From: an uncultured Ectothiorhodospiraceae bacterium
GTDB lineage: Bacteria > Pseudomonadota > Gammaproteobacteria > UBA9214
Direction: 5' to 3'
Length of the DNA: 64,000 bases
NCBI GenBank assembly: GCA_947258545.1
Contig: CAMYJI010000003.1
Coordinates: 37,231 to 101,230 of the forward strand
This document shows, piece after piece, positions 8,409 to 19,429 of this stretch. The position numbers and the translations under genes are program-made. Below the pieces are notes generated by a model, which made no database searches, was not told the origin of the DNA, and saw only the letters and a list, made by a program, of their open reading frames with translations. Positions within the stretch are counted from its first letter, which is position 1, and each line of letters starts with the position of its first letter.

Positions 8409-11312
8409 GTGTCGGAGTTCATTCCAGGACAACGCTGGATCAGTTATGCCGAGCTGCAACTCGGACTGGGCACGGTATTGTCCTCGGACACGCGCACGGT
8501 CTCCATCTTATTCATCAGCACCGGCGAGACCCGCCGCTATGCCAAACAGAGCGCCCCGTTGTCGCGCCTTGCGTTTACTGCAGGTGACCGCATTCGCAGT
8601 CACGAGGGCTGGTCGCTCACGGTCGACGCGGTTTCCGAACAGGACGGGCTGTTGACCTACAGTGGCACGCTTGACAATGGTCTACCGGCCGCAATGGAAG
8701 AAGGCCAGCTGGACAGCCTTATCCAGCTCAACCGTCCCGCGGAACGCCTGTTCACCGGCCAGACCGACCCGGACAAGTGGTTCGAATTGCGTTACCAGAC
8801 ACTGTTGCACGTCAACCGGCTGGCCCATACCGACCTGTGCGGCCTGACCGGCGGACGCACCAGCCTGATCCCCCACCAGTTGTATATCGCCCACGAGGTC
8901 GCCAACCGCTATGCACCGCGGGTTCTGCTGGCTGATGAGGTCGGGCTCGGAAAGACCATCGAGGCCGGCCTGATCCTGCACCAGCAACTCCTGACGGAGC
9001 GTGCCCGACGCGTGCTGATCGTGGTACCCGAGAGCCTGCTGCACCAGTGGCTGGTGGAGATGCTGCGGCGTTTCAACCTGCATTTCAGCATCCTCGACGC
9101 GGACCGCTGTCAGGCACTGGAGGCCAGCAGCGGCCAGGAAAACCCGTTCCATAACGCACAACTGGTGCTTTGTACCCTGGAATTCCTGGTGGACAAGCGC
9201 GAACGCTTTCGGCAGGCACTGGCCGGGAAATGGGACCTGCTGATCGTCGACGAGGCCCATCACCTGCAATGGTCACCTCGGGGTGCCAGCCCGGAATACC
9301 GGCTCATCGAACAACTGGCCGCTGATACCCCGGGCGTCCTGCTGCTCACCGCCACCCCGGAACAGCTTGGCAAGGCCAGCCATTTCGCCCGCCTGCGGCT
9401 GCTCGATCCCGCCCGGTTTCCCGATTTCGAGAGTTTCACCGCAGAGGAAAGCGACTACGAGCCCATTGCCGGGGCCGTCGAGGCCCTGCTGAGCGACCAG
9501 CCACTGGACCCAGAACAGCAGCACACCCTGCTCGGTACACTGGGCGAGGCTGACAACCGGGCGCTCCTTGATGCCGTGCTGGAAGAGGATAGCGACACAC
9601 CCGACAGAGATGCCGCCCGCCGGGAACTGGTCGAGCACCTGCTCGACCGCCACGGTACCGGACGCGTCCTGTTCCGCAACACCCGCAGTACGGTACAGGG
9701 ATTCCCCGACCGCCAGGTGAGCGCCTGTTCGCTGACCCTGCCGGCAGGCTACGCGGAATGCCTGGCGGACTTCCAGACCAGTGGCACGGCGGAGCCGCGC
9801 CTGCTGCTCTGTCCCGAATTACTCTACGCCGCAACTCAACATCACGACCAGCCCCATTGGACCCGCATCGACCCGAGGATCGAGTGGCTGGGCACACAGC
9901 TTGGAAAACTACGACCTGCAAAGGTGCTGGTGATCACGGCAAGCGCAGAAACCGCCATGGACCTGGTGGAATCATTGCGCCGCACCGCGGGCATTCATGC
10001 CGCAGTGTTTCACGAAGGCCTGAGTATCGTGGAACGGGACCGTGCGGCGGCCTATTTCGCCGATCTCGAATTCGGCACCCAGGTACTGGTGTGTTCGGAA
10101 ATCGGCAGCGAGGGACGCAACTTCCAGTTTGCCCATCACCTGGTTCTGTTCGACCTGCCGCTCAATCCGGACCTGCTGGAACAGCGCATCGGGCGCCTGG
10201 ACCGCATCGGTCAGGCCAGTACCATTCATATCCATGTCCCCTTCCTTGAGAACAGCGCCCAGGCGATCATGTACCACTGGTATCACCGCGGGCTTGGCGC
10301 CTTCGAACACACCTGCCCCGCCGGGCACAGTGTCTTCGTCAGGGTGAAGGCCGCCCTGCTCGAGGCCCTGCACCAGATCGACAGCGGCATAGAGGACCTG
10401 GAGGCGCTGATCGACACCACCCGCCAGCTGCACCATGACATGAATGCTGCACTGCAGCGCGGCCGCGACCGTCTGCTGGAATATAATTCGTGCCGGCCAC
10501 GACTTGCCGAGGCACTGCGGGACCGTGCCCTGGCACAGGACCGGGAGGTCGGCCTGCCGGACTATCTGGAACGGGTGTTCGATTGCTTTGGCATCGATTC
10601 GGAGGTCCACGGCGAGGACAGCCACGTCATCCGCCCCGGCGACCACATGTACGGCGACACTTTCCCCGGGCTGAAACCGGAAGGGATGACCATAACCCTG
10701 GACAGAGACACTGCGCTAGCCAACGAGGACATGCAGTTCATCAGCTGGGAACACCCCCTGGTCACCGGCGCCATGGACCGGGTGCTGGGTAACGAGTTGG
10801 GCAACACGGCCGTAGCCGCTATCCACTACCCGGTCGCAAAACCGGGCACCCTGCTGATCGAATGCCTGTATACCCTGGAAAGCAGCGCCAGCGAGCACCT
10901 CCAGTCGAGCCGCTATCTGCCCCCCACCAGCGTACGCGTGATAATCGACCAGAACGGCAACGACCATGATGCCGCCCTGTCACACGAAGCCATCAGCCAG
11001 GCACGCGAGTCCGTTCCGGCCGAAACCGCGGCCAGGATTATCCGCAGCTACACCGGGACACTGCGCGCGATGCTGGATTCCAGCGAACAACGGGTCCGGC
11101 AACAGACACCCGGGATCGTGGCGGCCGCGCACACCCGGATACAGCAGACCCTGCTGGGTGAGATAAACCGCCTGGAGGCGCTGCGCCGGGTCAATCCCAA
11201 TGTGCGCGACGCGGAAATCCACTTTCTGGAAACGCAGTGGAAGGCCCTGACCGAGGCGCTGGAGGCCGCACACCTGCGTCTCGATGCCCTGCGGGTACTG
11301 GTTGCTACCTGA
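8409..11312 (+). CDS. rapA: RNA polymerase-associated SNF2 ATPase RapA (HepA)
   Basis: FIPGQRWISYAELQLGLGTV parallels the E. coli RapA N-terminus. SNF2 motifs are LADEVGLGKT and DEAHH. The GTG at 8409 is preceded by GAGGA. The maximal ORF starts at TTG 8355. Confidence 0.92.
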   Translation: MSEFIPGQRWISYAELQLGLGTVLSSDTRTVSILFISTGETRRYAKQSAPLSRLAFTAGDRIRSHEGWSLTVDAVSEQDGLLTYSGTLDNGLPAAMEEGQLDSLIQLNRPAERLFTGQTDPDKWFELRYQTLLHVNRLAHTDLCGLTGGRTSLIPHQLYIAHEVANRYAPRVLLADEVGLGKTIEAGLILHQQLLTERARRVLIVVPESLLHQWLVEMLRRFNLHFSILDADRCQALEASSGQENPFHNAQLVLCTLEFLVDKRERFRQALAGKWDLLIVDEAHHLQWSPRGASPEYRLIEQLAADTPGVLLLTATPEQLGKASHFARLRLLDPARFPDFESFTAEESDYEPIAGAVEALLSDQPLDPEQQHTLLGTLGEADNRALLDAVLEEDSDTPDRDAARRELVEHLLDRHGTGRVLFRNTRSTVQGFPDRQVSACSLTLPAGYAECLADFQTSGTAEPRLLLCPELLYAATQHHDQPHWTRIDPRIEWLGTQLGKLRPAKVLVITASAETAMDLVESLRRTAGIHAAVFHEGLSIVERDRAAAYFADLEFGTQVLVCSEIGSEGRNFQFAHHLVLFDLPLNPDLLEQRIGRLDRIGQASTIHIHVPFLENSAQAIMYHWYHRGLGAFEHTCPAGHSVFVRVKAALLEALHQIDSGIEDLEALIDTTRQLHHDMNAALQRGRDRLLEYNSCRPRLAEALRDRALAQDREVGLPDYLERVFDCFGIDSEVHGEDSHVIRPGDHMYGDTFPGLKPEGMTITLDRDTALANEDMQFISWEHPLVTGAMDRVLGNELGNTAVAAIHYPVAKPGTLLIECLYTLESSASEHLQSSRYLPPTSVRVIIDQNGNDHDAALSHEAISQARESVPAETAARIIRSYTGTLRAMLDSSEQRVRQQTPGIVAAAHTRIQQTLLGEINRLEALRRVNPNVRDAEIHFLETQWKALTEALEAAHLRLDALRVLVAT

Positions 11313-11428
11313 GCAGGACGCGCATTATTTACAGTCATACGCACGTGCTGCATGATTAACGATGCGGAATGCCTCCATTCACGGTACAGGCCCAGCCGCA
11401 ACGTGCCAGCCAACATGCAGGAGTAGTC

Positions 11429-12907
11429 ATGTTTGAAGCTATTGAACTGGGACAGTCGCTGTCCAAGGCTGACTTCAAGACACAGGAACAGCAATTACGC
11501 GCCGAGCTGCTCAGGGTGCAGCGCGCCCTGACCGAAAGCCGGGTCGCGACCCTGATCATCGTTGCCGGCGTCGAGGGCGCCGGCAAGGGTGAAGTGGTCG
11601 ATCGTCTCAACAAGTGGCTGGACAACCGCGGCATGGAAACCCATGCCTTCTGGGATGAAACCCAGGAAGAACTGGAACGCCCGCAATACTGGCGGTTCTG
11701 GAGGCGACTCCCGGCGCGCGGCTCTATTGCGGTGATGTTCGGCGGCTGGTACTGGGACCCGATTCACCAGCGTGCAGCAGGCAACATCGACGATGCCGAA
11801 CTTGATGATGCCATGCAGCGCATCAAGGAACTCGAGCGCATGCTAAGCGCCGACGGCATGCTGATTATCAAGTTGTGGTTCCACCTCTCGCACCAGACCC
11901 ATGAAAAACGCATGAAGAAGCGCCGTGCCGAATCCAGCCATGTACCTCACATCGGTAATGGCCAGAGCCCCAAGGAGTACAAGGCCTTTCTGGTCACCGC
12001 CGAACGCAGCCTGCGGCACACCGACACCGGCGAATGCCCCTGGCACATGATCGAGGCCGACAACCGGCGCTTCCGCGACATCAGTGCCGGGCGGGTGATC
12101 GGCGCTCGCATGATTGAACGCCATAAGGGCTCGCGCGTGGTGGAGCGGCGCAACCAGGTCCACCAACCTGTGGTGACCATCAGCGATCAGCAGAAAACTA
12201 TACTCGATAAGGTCGACCTCGACGCCGAACTCTCGCAACACGATTACAACAAACTGCTTGCCCGCTACCAGACACAGGTGAATGAGTTGTTCTGGAGGGC
12301 CTACGACGCCAAGCGCTCAACCGTGATGGTCTTCGAGGGCTGGGATGCTGCCGGCAAGGGCGGCAGCATCCGCCGGCTGACCAATGCCATCGATGCGCGA
12401 CTGTTCCGCGTTATTTCGGTGGCCGCCCCTACCGACGAAGAACTCGCACATCATTACCTGTGGCGTTTCTGGCGGCAGTCTCCCAGGGCGGGATATATGG
12501 CCCTGTATGACCGTTCATGGTACGGCCGCGTACTGGTCGAACGCGTCGAGGGCTTCGCACAACAACACGAATGGATGTCCGCCTACCAGGAAATCAACGA
12601 TTTCGAGGAGCAACTCATCGAACACGGCACCATCCTGCTGAAGTTCTGGCTGCACATCAGTCCCGATGTACAATTGCAGCGTTTCCGGCAGCGCGAAAAA
12701 ACTCCGTGGAAGAAACACAAGATCACGGAGGAGGACTGGCGAAACCGCAACAAGTGGGATGATTACCGGCGTGCGGTGAATGACATGGTTGTGCACACCA
12801 GCACCGGTAACTGCCCCTGGACACTGGTGTCGGCCAATGACAAGTACAATGCGCGCATCGAGGTCCTCAAGACCGTTTGCGAGCAGCTCAAACAGGCACT
12901 CGACTGA
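11429..12907 (+). CDS. ppk2: Two-domain PPK2 (polyphosphate:AMP phosphotransferase type)
   Basis: Two tandem PPK2 domains, each with a Walker A (GVEGAGKG; GWDAAGKGG) and a WRFW motif. The ATG at 11429 is preceded by GCAGGAG. Confidence 0.85.
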   Translation: MFEAIELGQSLSKADFKTQEQQLRAELLRVQRALTESRVATLIIVAGVEGAGKGEVVDRLNKWLDNRGMETHAFWDETQEELERPQYWRFWRRLPARGSIAVMFGGWYWDPIHQRAAGNIDDAELDDAMQRIKELERMLSADGMLIIKLWFHLSHQTHEKRMKKRRAESSHVPHIGNGQSPKEYKAFLVTAERSLRHTDTGECPWHMIEADNRRFRDISAGRVIGARMIERHKGSRVVERRNQVHQPVVTISDQQKTILDKVDLDAELSQHDYNKLLARYQTQVNELFWRAYDAKRSTVMVFEGWDAAGKGGSIRRLTNAIDARLFRVISVAAPTDEELAHHYLWRFWRQSPRAGYMALYDRSWYGRVLVERVEGFAQQHEWMSAYQEINDFEEQLIEHGTILLKFWLHISPDVQLQRFRQREKTPWKKHKITEEDWRNRNKWDDYRRAVNDMVVHTSTGNCPWTLVSANDKYNARIEVLKTVCEQLKQALD

Positions 12908-12990
12908 ACACAGCCCGACACGGGTGGTGCCTGGTACCAGTCAGGCTGGCACCGGCAACCAAACCGGCGGTGAGACCGGTACCTGAGAGT

Positions 12991-13488
12991 TCAAAGTGCG
13001 GCCACGACCTTCAGCAGGTCGAGCGCCGTGACAATCCCCGTCAGCGTGCTGCCCTCGGTGACAAATACCCGATGGATACCGCCCCGGATCATTGTCTCGG
13101 CAACCTGCTGAACGCTGGCATCCTCATCGACCCGGAAGACCATCGGCGTCATGATGTCGCGCACCTTCACCGGTGACTCGTAACCCGTATGGAACAGACG
13201 AATCTCCTCCTGTCCCATGTGACGCTCCAGCGCATAAAGGTAGACATCATGAGTATCATCCGTGACCTCATCACTCTCAGGCATGCTGTTGTGACGCACC
13301 ACATCCGTCAGCGACACAACCCCGATCAGTTCACCTCCGGTATCGGTGACCGGTGCCCCCGAGATGTGATTGTCCGTCAGGAAATTCGCCAGCCCCTCGA
13401 TGGACCAGTCCGCATCAGCGGAGAGCACCTCGCGGTGCATGACCTCGGCAGCCGTCCAGTTCCTGACATTATTTTTCACATCACTCAT
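12991..13488 (-). CDS. CBS domain pair protein
   Basis: 165 aa with two CBS-like repeats (ISGAPVTD..GELIGVVSLTDV; IHRVFVTEGSTLTGIVTALDLL). Confidence 0.8.
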   Translation of the reverse strand: MSDVKNNVRNWTAAEVMHREVLSADADWSIEGLANFLTDNHISGAPVTDTGGELIGVVSLTDVVRHNSMPESDEVTDDTHDVYLYALERHMGQEEIRLFHTGYESPVKVRDIMTPMVFRVDEDASVQQVAETMIRGGIHRVFVTEGSTLTGIVTALDLLKVVAAL

Positions 13489-13614
13489 TACGTTTCCCCC
13501 AACTGGATAGATTGAACAATGACTGACTACTCCACACGCTCTCGCGAACCTGCAACGCCGGCAGCAGCAGATAATAACCTATCAGGATCATCACTATTTT
13601 TCCGGCCAGTAGAA

Positions 13615-13628
13615 TTGATCCAGGTCAA
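13615..13628. promoter_or_regulatory. FNR-like box with one mismatch (TTGATCCAGGTCAA)
   Basis: Read directly in the divergent intergenic region. One half-site deviates from the consensus (GTCAA instead of ATCAA). Confidence 0.25.
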
Positions 13629-13955
13629 TAGAGCAGGAATCAGGTTGTTTTTTACGACATCATGACATCAAATACCAGAACTACCTCAAAACTGCTCGAC
13701 CAGCTTGCGCTAACGCTTCGTCGGGGTAGCGACCGGCGATGACCGGCAAAACGGGATGGCCCATATGACGGTCACGCACAGGTTCGCCGGCGACGCTGGA
13801 AGGGAACCTGTGCCCCGGGCGGCAATCACGTGTGGAAGCACCCGGGCCGGGCCGGCATCTGAACTGGGCCTGCTGGTACACCGGCTGCGGGCGCCTGGCC
13901 CCCTGCGCCCCGCCCACCCACTTCGGGCCGGAATGCGCTGACATCCACATCCCGC

Positions 13956-13985
13956 GCGACATTTTACCCGGACTGTGCCTATAAT
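13956..13985 (+). promoter_or_regulatory. Candidate sigma70 promoter for the OmpA-family gene
   Basis: GCGACA-N18-TATAAT, about 110 nt upstream of the ATG at 14094. Pattern match only. Confidence 0.35.
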
Positions 13986-14093
13986 TTATATCTAGTATGG
14001 CGGCAAAGACGACGACCGCTGTCACATTTGCGGTATGGCCTTCTGCAGCCGTGCCGGTAGTGCCAACAGATAACAACAAAGCGAGTATCCATC

Positions 14094-15899
14094 ATGAACC
14101 ACAATTCCCTGATGAAAACCCTAGTGGGTCTCTGCCTGATTGTCCCCGCCAGCACCCCGGTCTGGTCCGGGGATGCCTCAACCATCCCGGCCTCGGGTCA
14201 GTCTGCGCAAATACCGGGACACTACCCCGCCCCGCCCGGGTACTACACCACCCCGCCCGGCTATGGCCAAGCCCCCGGGGCAACAGCGCGGCCCGGCTGG
14301 CACACCGGTGGCCGGTATTACCCGGCGCCGCGGTTTACCCCACACCAGGGCTACCCGCAGCGCCCGATCAAACCCCGGACTCAGGAATACCAGGGCAGGC
14401 CGGGGCCAGCCGTTCCGGTTCGGCCCGCGGAGTCAGACTGCACCGGGCAGGGGCGCCTGCTGGCAGAGCTGGACGCGAGCCGTGCTGAACTCAACGCCAC
14501 GCGTGAAGAGCTGCAGCAGGCCAAGTCACTGCTGGAAGCTGCCGGAGCGGAACTCGACCAGGTGCATGGCGAATACCAGCAGACCGCAGCCGGCTATAAT
14601 GCCCTCGACACCAAACTGGCCACGGCGCTGACCGAGCGGGACACTGCCAAGGAACGCGAGACCGAGCTGTCCATCGAGTTGATGGCCGCTGAAAAGCAGC
14701 TGGCCCAGCTATCGGAACGCCTTGAACAGCTGGATGAGCGTGCCGCGATAAACACGGATGAGCGCGCCAAACTGCAACAACTGCTGGCAGAGCGTGAGGC
14801 AGGACTGGCCGAAGGCAAGGCGCTGGCGAAATCCCTGACCGACGAGCGCAGCGGACTGCGGAGCGAACTGGCTGCGCGCGATCAGCAGCTCGCCCTGATG
14901 AAAACCGAGTTGCAGGCCGCTGCCGAAGGCAAGGCGCTGGTGGAGTCCCTGACCGATGAACGCAACGGACTGCGGAGCGAACTGGCTGCGCGCGACCAGC
15001 AGCTCGCCCTGATGAAAACCGAGTTGCAGGCCGCTGCCGAAGGCAAGGCGCTGGCGAAGTCCCTGACCGATGAACGCAACGGACTGCGGAGCAAACTGGC
15101 TGCGCGCGACCAGCAGCTTGCCCTGATGAAAACCGAGGTGCAGGCCGCTGCCGATGCGCTAATCCAGGCACAGGCAGAAACGGCCACGGCGCGCACCCAG
15201 CGCGAGGAAAACGAATCACGCCAGCAGGCATGCCAGGCGGAACAGGAACGCCTGGCGACCGCGCTCGAACAGGAAAGGGGCACCCGCGACGCTGACCAGC
15301 AGGCACTGGCAGCAGCAGAGACAGCACACGCTGCGGTGCAGGCCGAACTAAACGCCTGCAACAACGCACTTACCACCACCGGGGCCGAACTGGAAACGGC
15401 ACGGGAGCAGATCGACACAATGACCGCAACCTCGGCACCCGCACCGGCAGCCACACCCGCCGAGGGTGACAGCGACGCCGACGGTGTCGCCGACAGCGAG
15501 GACCTCTGCCCGGACACGCCGCCAGGAATCCGCGTCGAACCGACCGGCTGCGCCGGCAACGCACCCATCATCCTGGAAGGTGTCAGCTTCCGCTATGACT
15601 CGCACGAACTCAGCGGCAAGTCCCACACCATCCTCGACCGGGTCGCCGCTATCCTGCGCCAGCAACCCTCACTCAGGCTCGAGATTGCCGGCCATACCGA
15701 CACCCAGGGCAAGCCGGCCTACAACCAGTGGTTGTCCCAGCAGCGCGCCGCCACTGTGATGGACTACCTGGTCAAACAGGGGGTCAACCCGGACAATCTC
15801 ACGGCACGCGGTTATGGCTCGCAACAACCGATCGCCGACAATCGCACCCGGGAAGGACTCGCAAGCAACCGCCGCGTCGAATTGCGCAGGCTACCCTGA
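14094..15899 (+). CDS. OmpA-family peptidoglycan-binding protein with Pro/Tyr-rich and coiled-coil regions
   Basis: Domain order: signal peptide, then a P/Y/G-rich segment, then a long Ala/Glu/Leu/Gln coiled coil with 38-aa repeats. These are followed by an Asp-rich thrombospondin-type-3-like motif (DSDADGVADSEDLCPDTP) and a C-terminal OmpA domain (IAGHTDTQG...NRRVEL). Confidence 0.85.
   Translation: MNHNSLMKTLVGLCLIVPASTPVWSGDASTIPASGQSAQIPGHYPAPPGYYTTPPGYGQAPGATARPGWHTGGRYYPAPRFTPHQGYPQRPIKPRTQEYQGRPGPAVPVRPAESDCTGQGRLLAELDASRAELNATREELQQAKSLLEAAGAELDQVHGEYQQTAAGYNALDTKLATALTERDTAKERETELSIELMAAEKQLAQLSERLEQLDERAAINTDERAKLQQLLAEREAGLAEGKALAKSLTDERSGLRSELAARDQQLALMKTELQAAAEGKALVESLTDERNGLRSELAARDQQLALMKTELQAAAEGKALAKSLTDERNGLRSKLAARDQQLALMKTEVQAAADALIQAQAETATARTQREENESRQQACQAEQERLATALEQERGTRDADQQALAAAETAHAAVQAELNACNNALTTTGAELETAREQIDTMTATSAPAPAATPAEGDSDADGVADSEDLCPDTPPGIRVEPTGCAGNAPIILEGVSFRYDSHELSGKSHTILDRVAAILRQQPSLRLEIAGHTDTQGKPAYNQWLSQQRAATVMDYLVKQGVNPDNLTARGYGSQQPIADNRTREGLASNRRVELRRLP
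14808..15149 (+). repeat. In-frame tandem repeat, 3 x 114 bp
   Basis: Near-identical units start at 14808, 14922 and 15036. Each encodes AEGKAL(A/V)(K/E)SLTDER(S/N)GLRSELAARDQQLALMKTELQAA. Confidence 0.9.
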
Positions 15900-15941
15900 G
15901 TCACACCCTGCAGGAAGGCACCGGCAAACACCGCTCGGCAC

Positions 15942-16628
15942 TCAGTGCAGGGTTGCGCTGTCGCCGTTGCCTTCCTGCGTTTCGCACAACGGGACAAAGG
16001 CGACACCCAGGATATCGCGGGTATGGGTGTTACCCGCGGCATCTTTTTCCACCAGCATCAACTCCTGGTGCATATAGGGCAGACCGACCGGGATGACCAG
16101 CCGGCCCCCGGGCCTGAGCTGCTCAACCAGCGCCGGCGGTATATGCGAGGCCGCGGCCGTGACGATAATCCCGTCATAGGGGGCGTGCTCGGACCAACCC
16201 GCGTAACCGTTGCCGATACGGTACTCGATGTTGGTGTAGTCGAGCGCCCGCAGGCGCTCGGCCGAGGCCTCGCCCAGCTCCCGGATGACCTCGATGGTGT
16301 ACACCCTGCGCACGAGTTGTGCCAGCACCGCTGTCTGGTACCCGGAACCGGTACCGACCTCCAGCACCTCGTGGTCCGCTTCAGGCTGCAGCAGGTCGCT
16401 CATCAGCGCCACGATGTAGGGCTGAGAGATGGTCTGGCCGCACCCGATGGGCAGCGGACCATTGTCATAGGCGAGGGATTTCAGGTCGGGCGGGACGAAT
16501 CGGTCGCGCGGCACCGCACCCATCGCCGCCATCACACGGGGCTCGAGTGCGTTTTTCCCTATCAGGGAGCGGGTGTAATGCACCTCACGCTCGATGGTGT
16601 CGAGCATACGTTTGATGGCTGTTTTCAT
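15942..16628 (-). CDS. pcm: Protein-L-isoaspartate O-methyltransferase
   Basis: Matches Pcm at the segments GQTISQPYIVALM and VLEVGTGSGYQTAVLA, and in the C-terminal stretch PPALVEQLRPGGRLVIPVG. Confidence 0.9.
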   Translation of the reverse strand: MKTAIKRMLDTIEREVHYTRSLIGKNALEPRVMAAMGAVPRDRFVPPDLKSLAYDNGPLPIGCGQTISQPYIVALMSDLLQPEADHEVLEVGTGSGYQTAVLAQLVRRVYTIEVIRELGEASAERLRALDYTNIEYRIGNGYAGWSEHAPYDGIIVTAAASHIPPALVEQLRPGGRLVIPVGLPYMHQELMLVEKDAAGNTHTRDILGVAFVPLCETQEGNGDSATLH

Positions 16629-16651
16629 GACATCCCCACAGCAAGTCCAGC

Positions 16652-18037
<1,386 letters not shown>

Positions 18038-18216
18038 TCACCGTCCCGCAACGACAGCAGCGGTATACCGTCACCAGACGTCCCTGCTTGACGTCGAACT
18101 GACGCTCCTTGTCAACAAGCCACTTGTGAAAGCCCCGCCTGCACAGTGTCTTTCCCCGGGCCTTGTCCGCGGCCAGCGGACTATCTCACCCATACCCTCC
18201 CCCCGGTTTGCATGCC

Positions 18217-19401
18217 TCAGACATACTGCCCCGCGACCCAGCCTGAAGACCAGGCCCATTGGAAGTTGAATCCCCCGAGATGTCCGGTGACATCGACCAC
18301 CTCGCCAATGAAATAAAGCCCGGGCCGGGTCCTGCACTCCATGGTCCGCGAGGACAGCTCGCGGGTATCGATGCCGCCCAGGGTGACCTCGGCCGTGCGA
18401 TAGCCCTCGGTACCCGCCGGCTTGAGTACCCAGTTCGCCAGGCGTCCGGCGATGTCCCTCAGGAGCTTGTCTGGAAGCTCCGCCAGTGGCGTCCCTGCCT
18501 CGTCGGGCCACCACAGCGCCTCGAGTTCCTTCACCAGCTTCACCGGCAGGTACCCGGCCAGTTGCGTACGCAGCAGCGACCGCGGCTTGTCCTGCTTGAA
18601 TGATAGCAGCAGGTCGGCAATCCCCAGCCCGGGCAGCAGGTCCAGTTGCAACGGCTCCCCCGGTTGCCAGTAACTGGATAACTGCAGCACCGCCGGACCA
18701 CTCAGGCCGCGGTGGGTGAACAGGATGTCATCGACGAAGGACCCGGCGGCGCAGCTGACGCGGGCGCGCAGCGACACACCCGAGAGCCGCGCCGACAGCT
18801 CGCGGAATGCCCCGGTGAAGGTCAGCGGGACCAGGCCGGCGCGCAGCGGCTGGACCCTGAGACCGAACTGCCGTGCAAGGGTGTAGCCGAAGTCCGAACC
18901 TCCCAGGGAGGGTATCGACAGTCCACCGGTGGCAACCACCAGTGATCCGGCCGTAAAAGTTCCCTGGCCGGTCTCCAGCCGGAAACCGTCATCGGCTCCA
19001 AGCGAGGCCACCTCGCAGCTGTGGCGGATGTCCACACCGGCGCTGGCGCATTCGTCCAGCAGCATCGCCAGTATCTGTTTCGATGACGCATCACAGAAAA
19101 GCTGTCCCCGATTCTTCTCGTGGTAGGCAATACCGTGCTTCTCCACCAGCGCGATGAAATCATGCTGGGTAAAGCGACTCAGTGCCGATATGCAGAAATG
19201 CGGATTGGCGGACAGGAAACGGTCCGGCGTTACATCCAGGTTGGTGAAATTGCAGCGCCCGCCACCGGACATGAGAATCTTCTTACCGAGCTTGTTGGCG
19301 CGCTCCAGCACCAGCACCCGGCGCCCGCGCTGCCCGGCGGTCAGTGCGCACATCAGTCCCGCGGCACCGCCGCCAATGACAATCACGTCGTAGTTTTGCA
19401 T
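18217..19401 (-). CDS. HI0933/BaiN-like FAD-dependent oxidoreductase
   Basis: Rossmann motif DVIVIGGGAAGLMCA, the segment KKILMSGGGRCNFTN, and the C-terminal stretch GLYFIGEVVDVTGHLGGFNFQWAWSSG are typical of this flavoprotein family. Confidence 0.85.
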   Translation of the reverse strand: MQNYDVIVIGGGAAGLMCALTAGQRGRRVLVLERANKLGKKILMSGGGRCNFTNLDVTPDRFLSANPHFCISALSRFTQHDFIALVEKHGIAYHEKNRGQLFCDASSKQILAMLLDECASAGVDIRHSCEVASLGADDGFRLETGQGTFTAGSLVVATGGLSIPSLGGSDFGYTLARQFGLRVQPLRAGLVPLTFTGAFRELSARLSGVSLRARVSCAAGSFVDDILFTHRGLSGPAVLQLSSYWQPGEPLQLDLLPGLGIADLLLSFKQDKPRSLLRTQLAGYLPVKLVKELEALWWPDEAGTPLAELPDKLLRDIAGRLANWVLKPAGTEGYRTAEVTLGGIDTRELSSRTMECRTRPGLYFIGEVVDVTGHLGGFNFQWAWSSGWVAGQYV

Positions 19402-19429
19402 CGCTCACGCTGCAGCGTTTGCCGCTGAA

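Noticed and set aside
8779-8787. tRNA T-arm-like GGTTCGAAT
   Set aside because: It lies inside the rapA coding frame, with no acceptor or anticodon stem context around it.
13796-13840. Cobalamin-riboswitch-like GGAAGGGAAC segment
   Set aside because: Only the AAGGGAA core matches. There is no GGUG..AA..CC arm and no B12-box-like GCCACUG element. The downstream gene is an OmpA-family protein rather than a B12 transport or biosynthesis gene.
13681-14079. 132-aa minus-strand ORF in the long intergenic region
   Set aside because: It has no SD, an Arg/Gly/Pro/Ala-rich composition and no motifs. It also overlaps the predicted promoter of the OmpA-family gene.
14491-15571. Repeat-containing minus-strand ORFs of 292 aa and 229 aa
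   Set aside because: They are antisense to the OmpA-family gene. Their apparent internal repeats are just the reverse complement of the 114-bp coding repeats.
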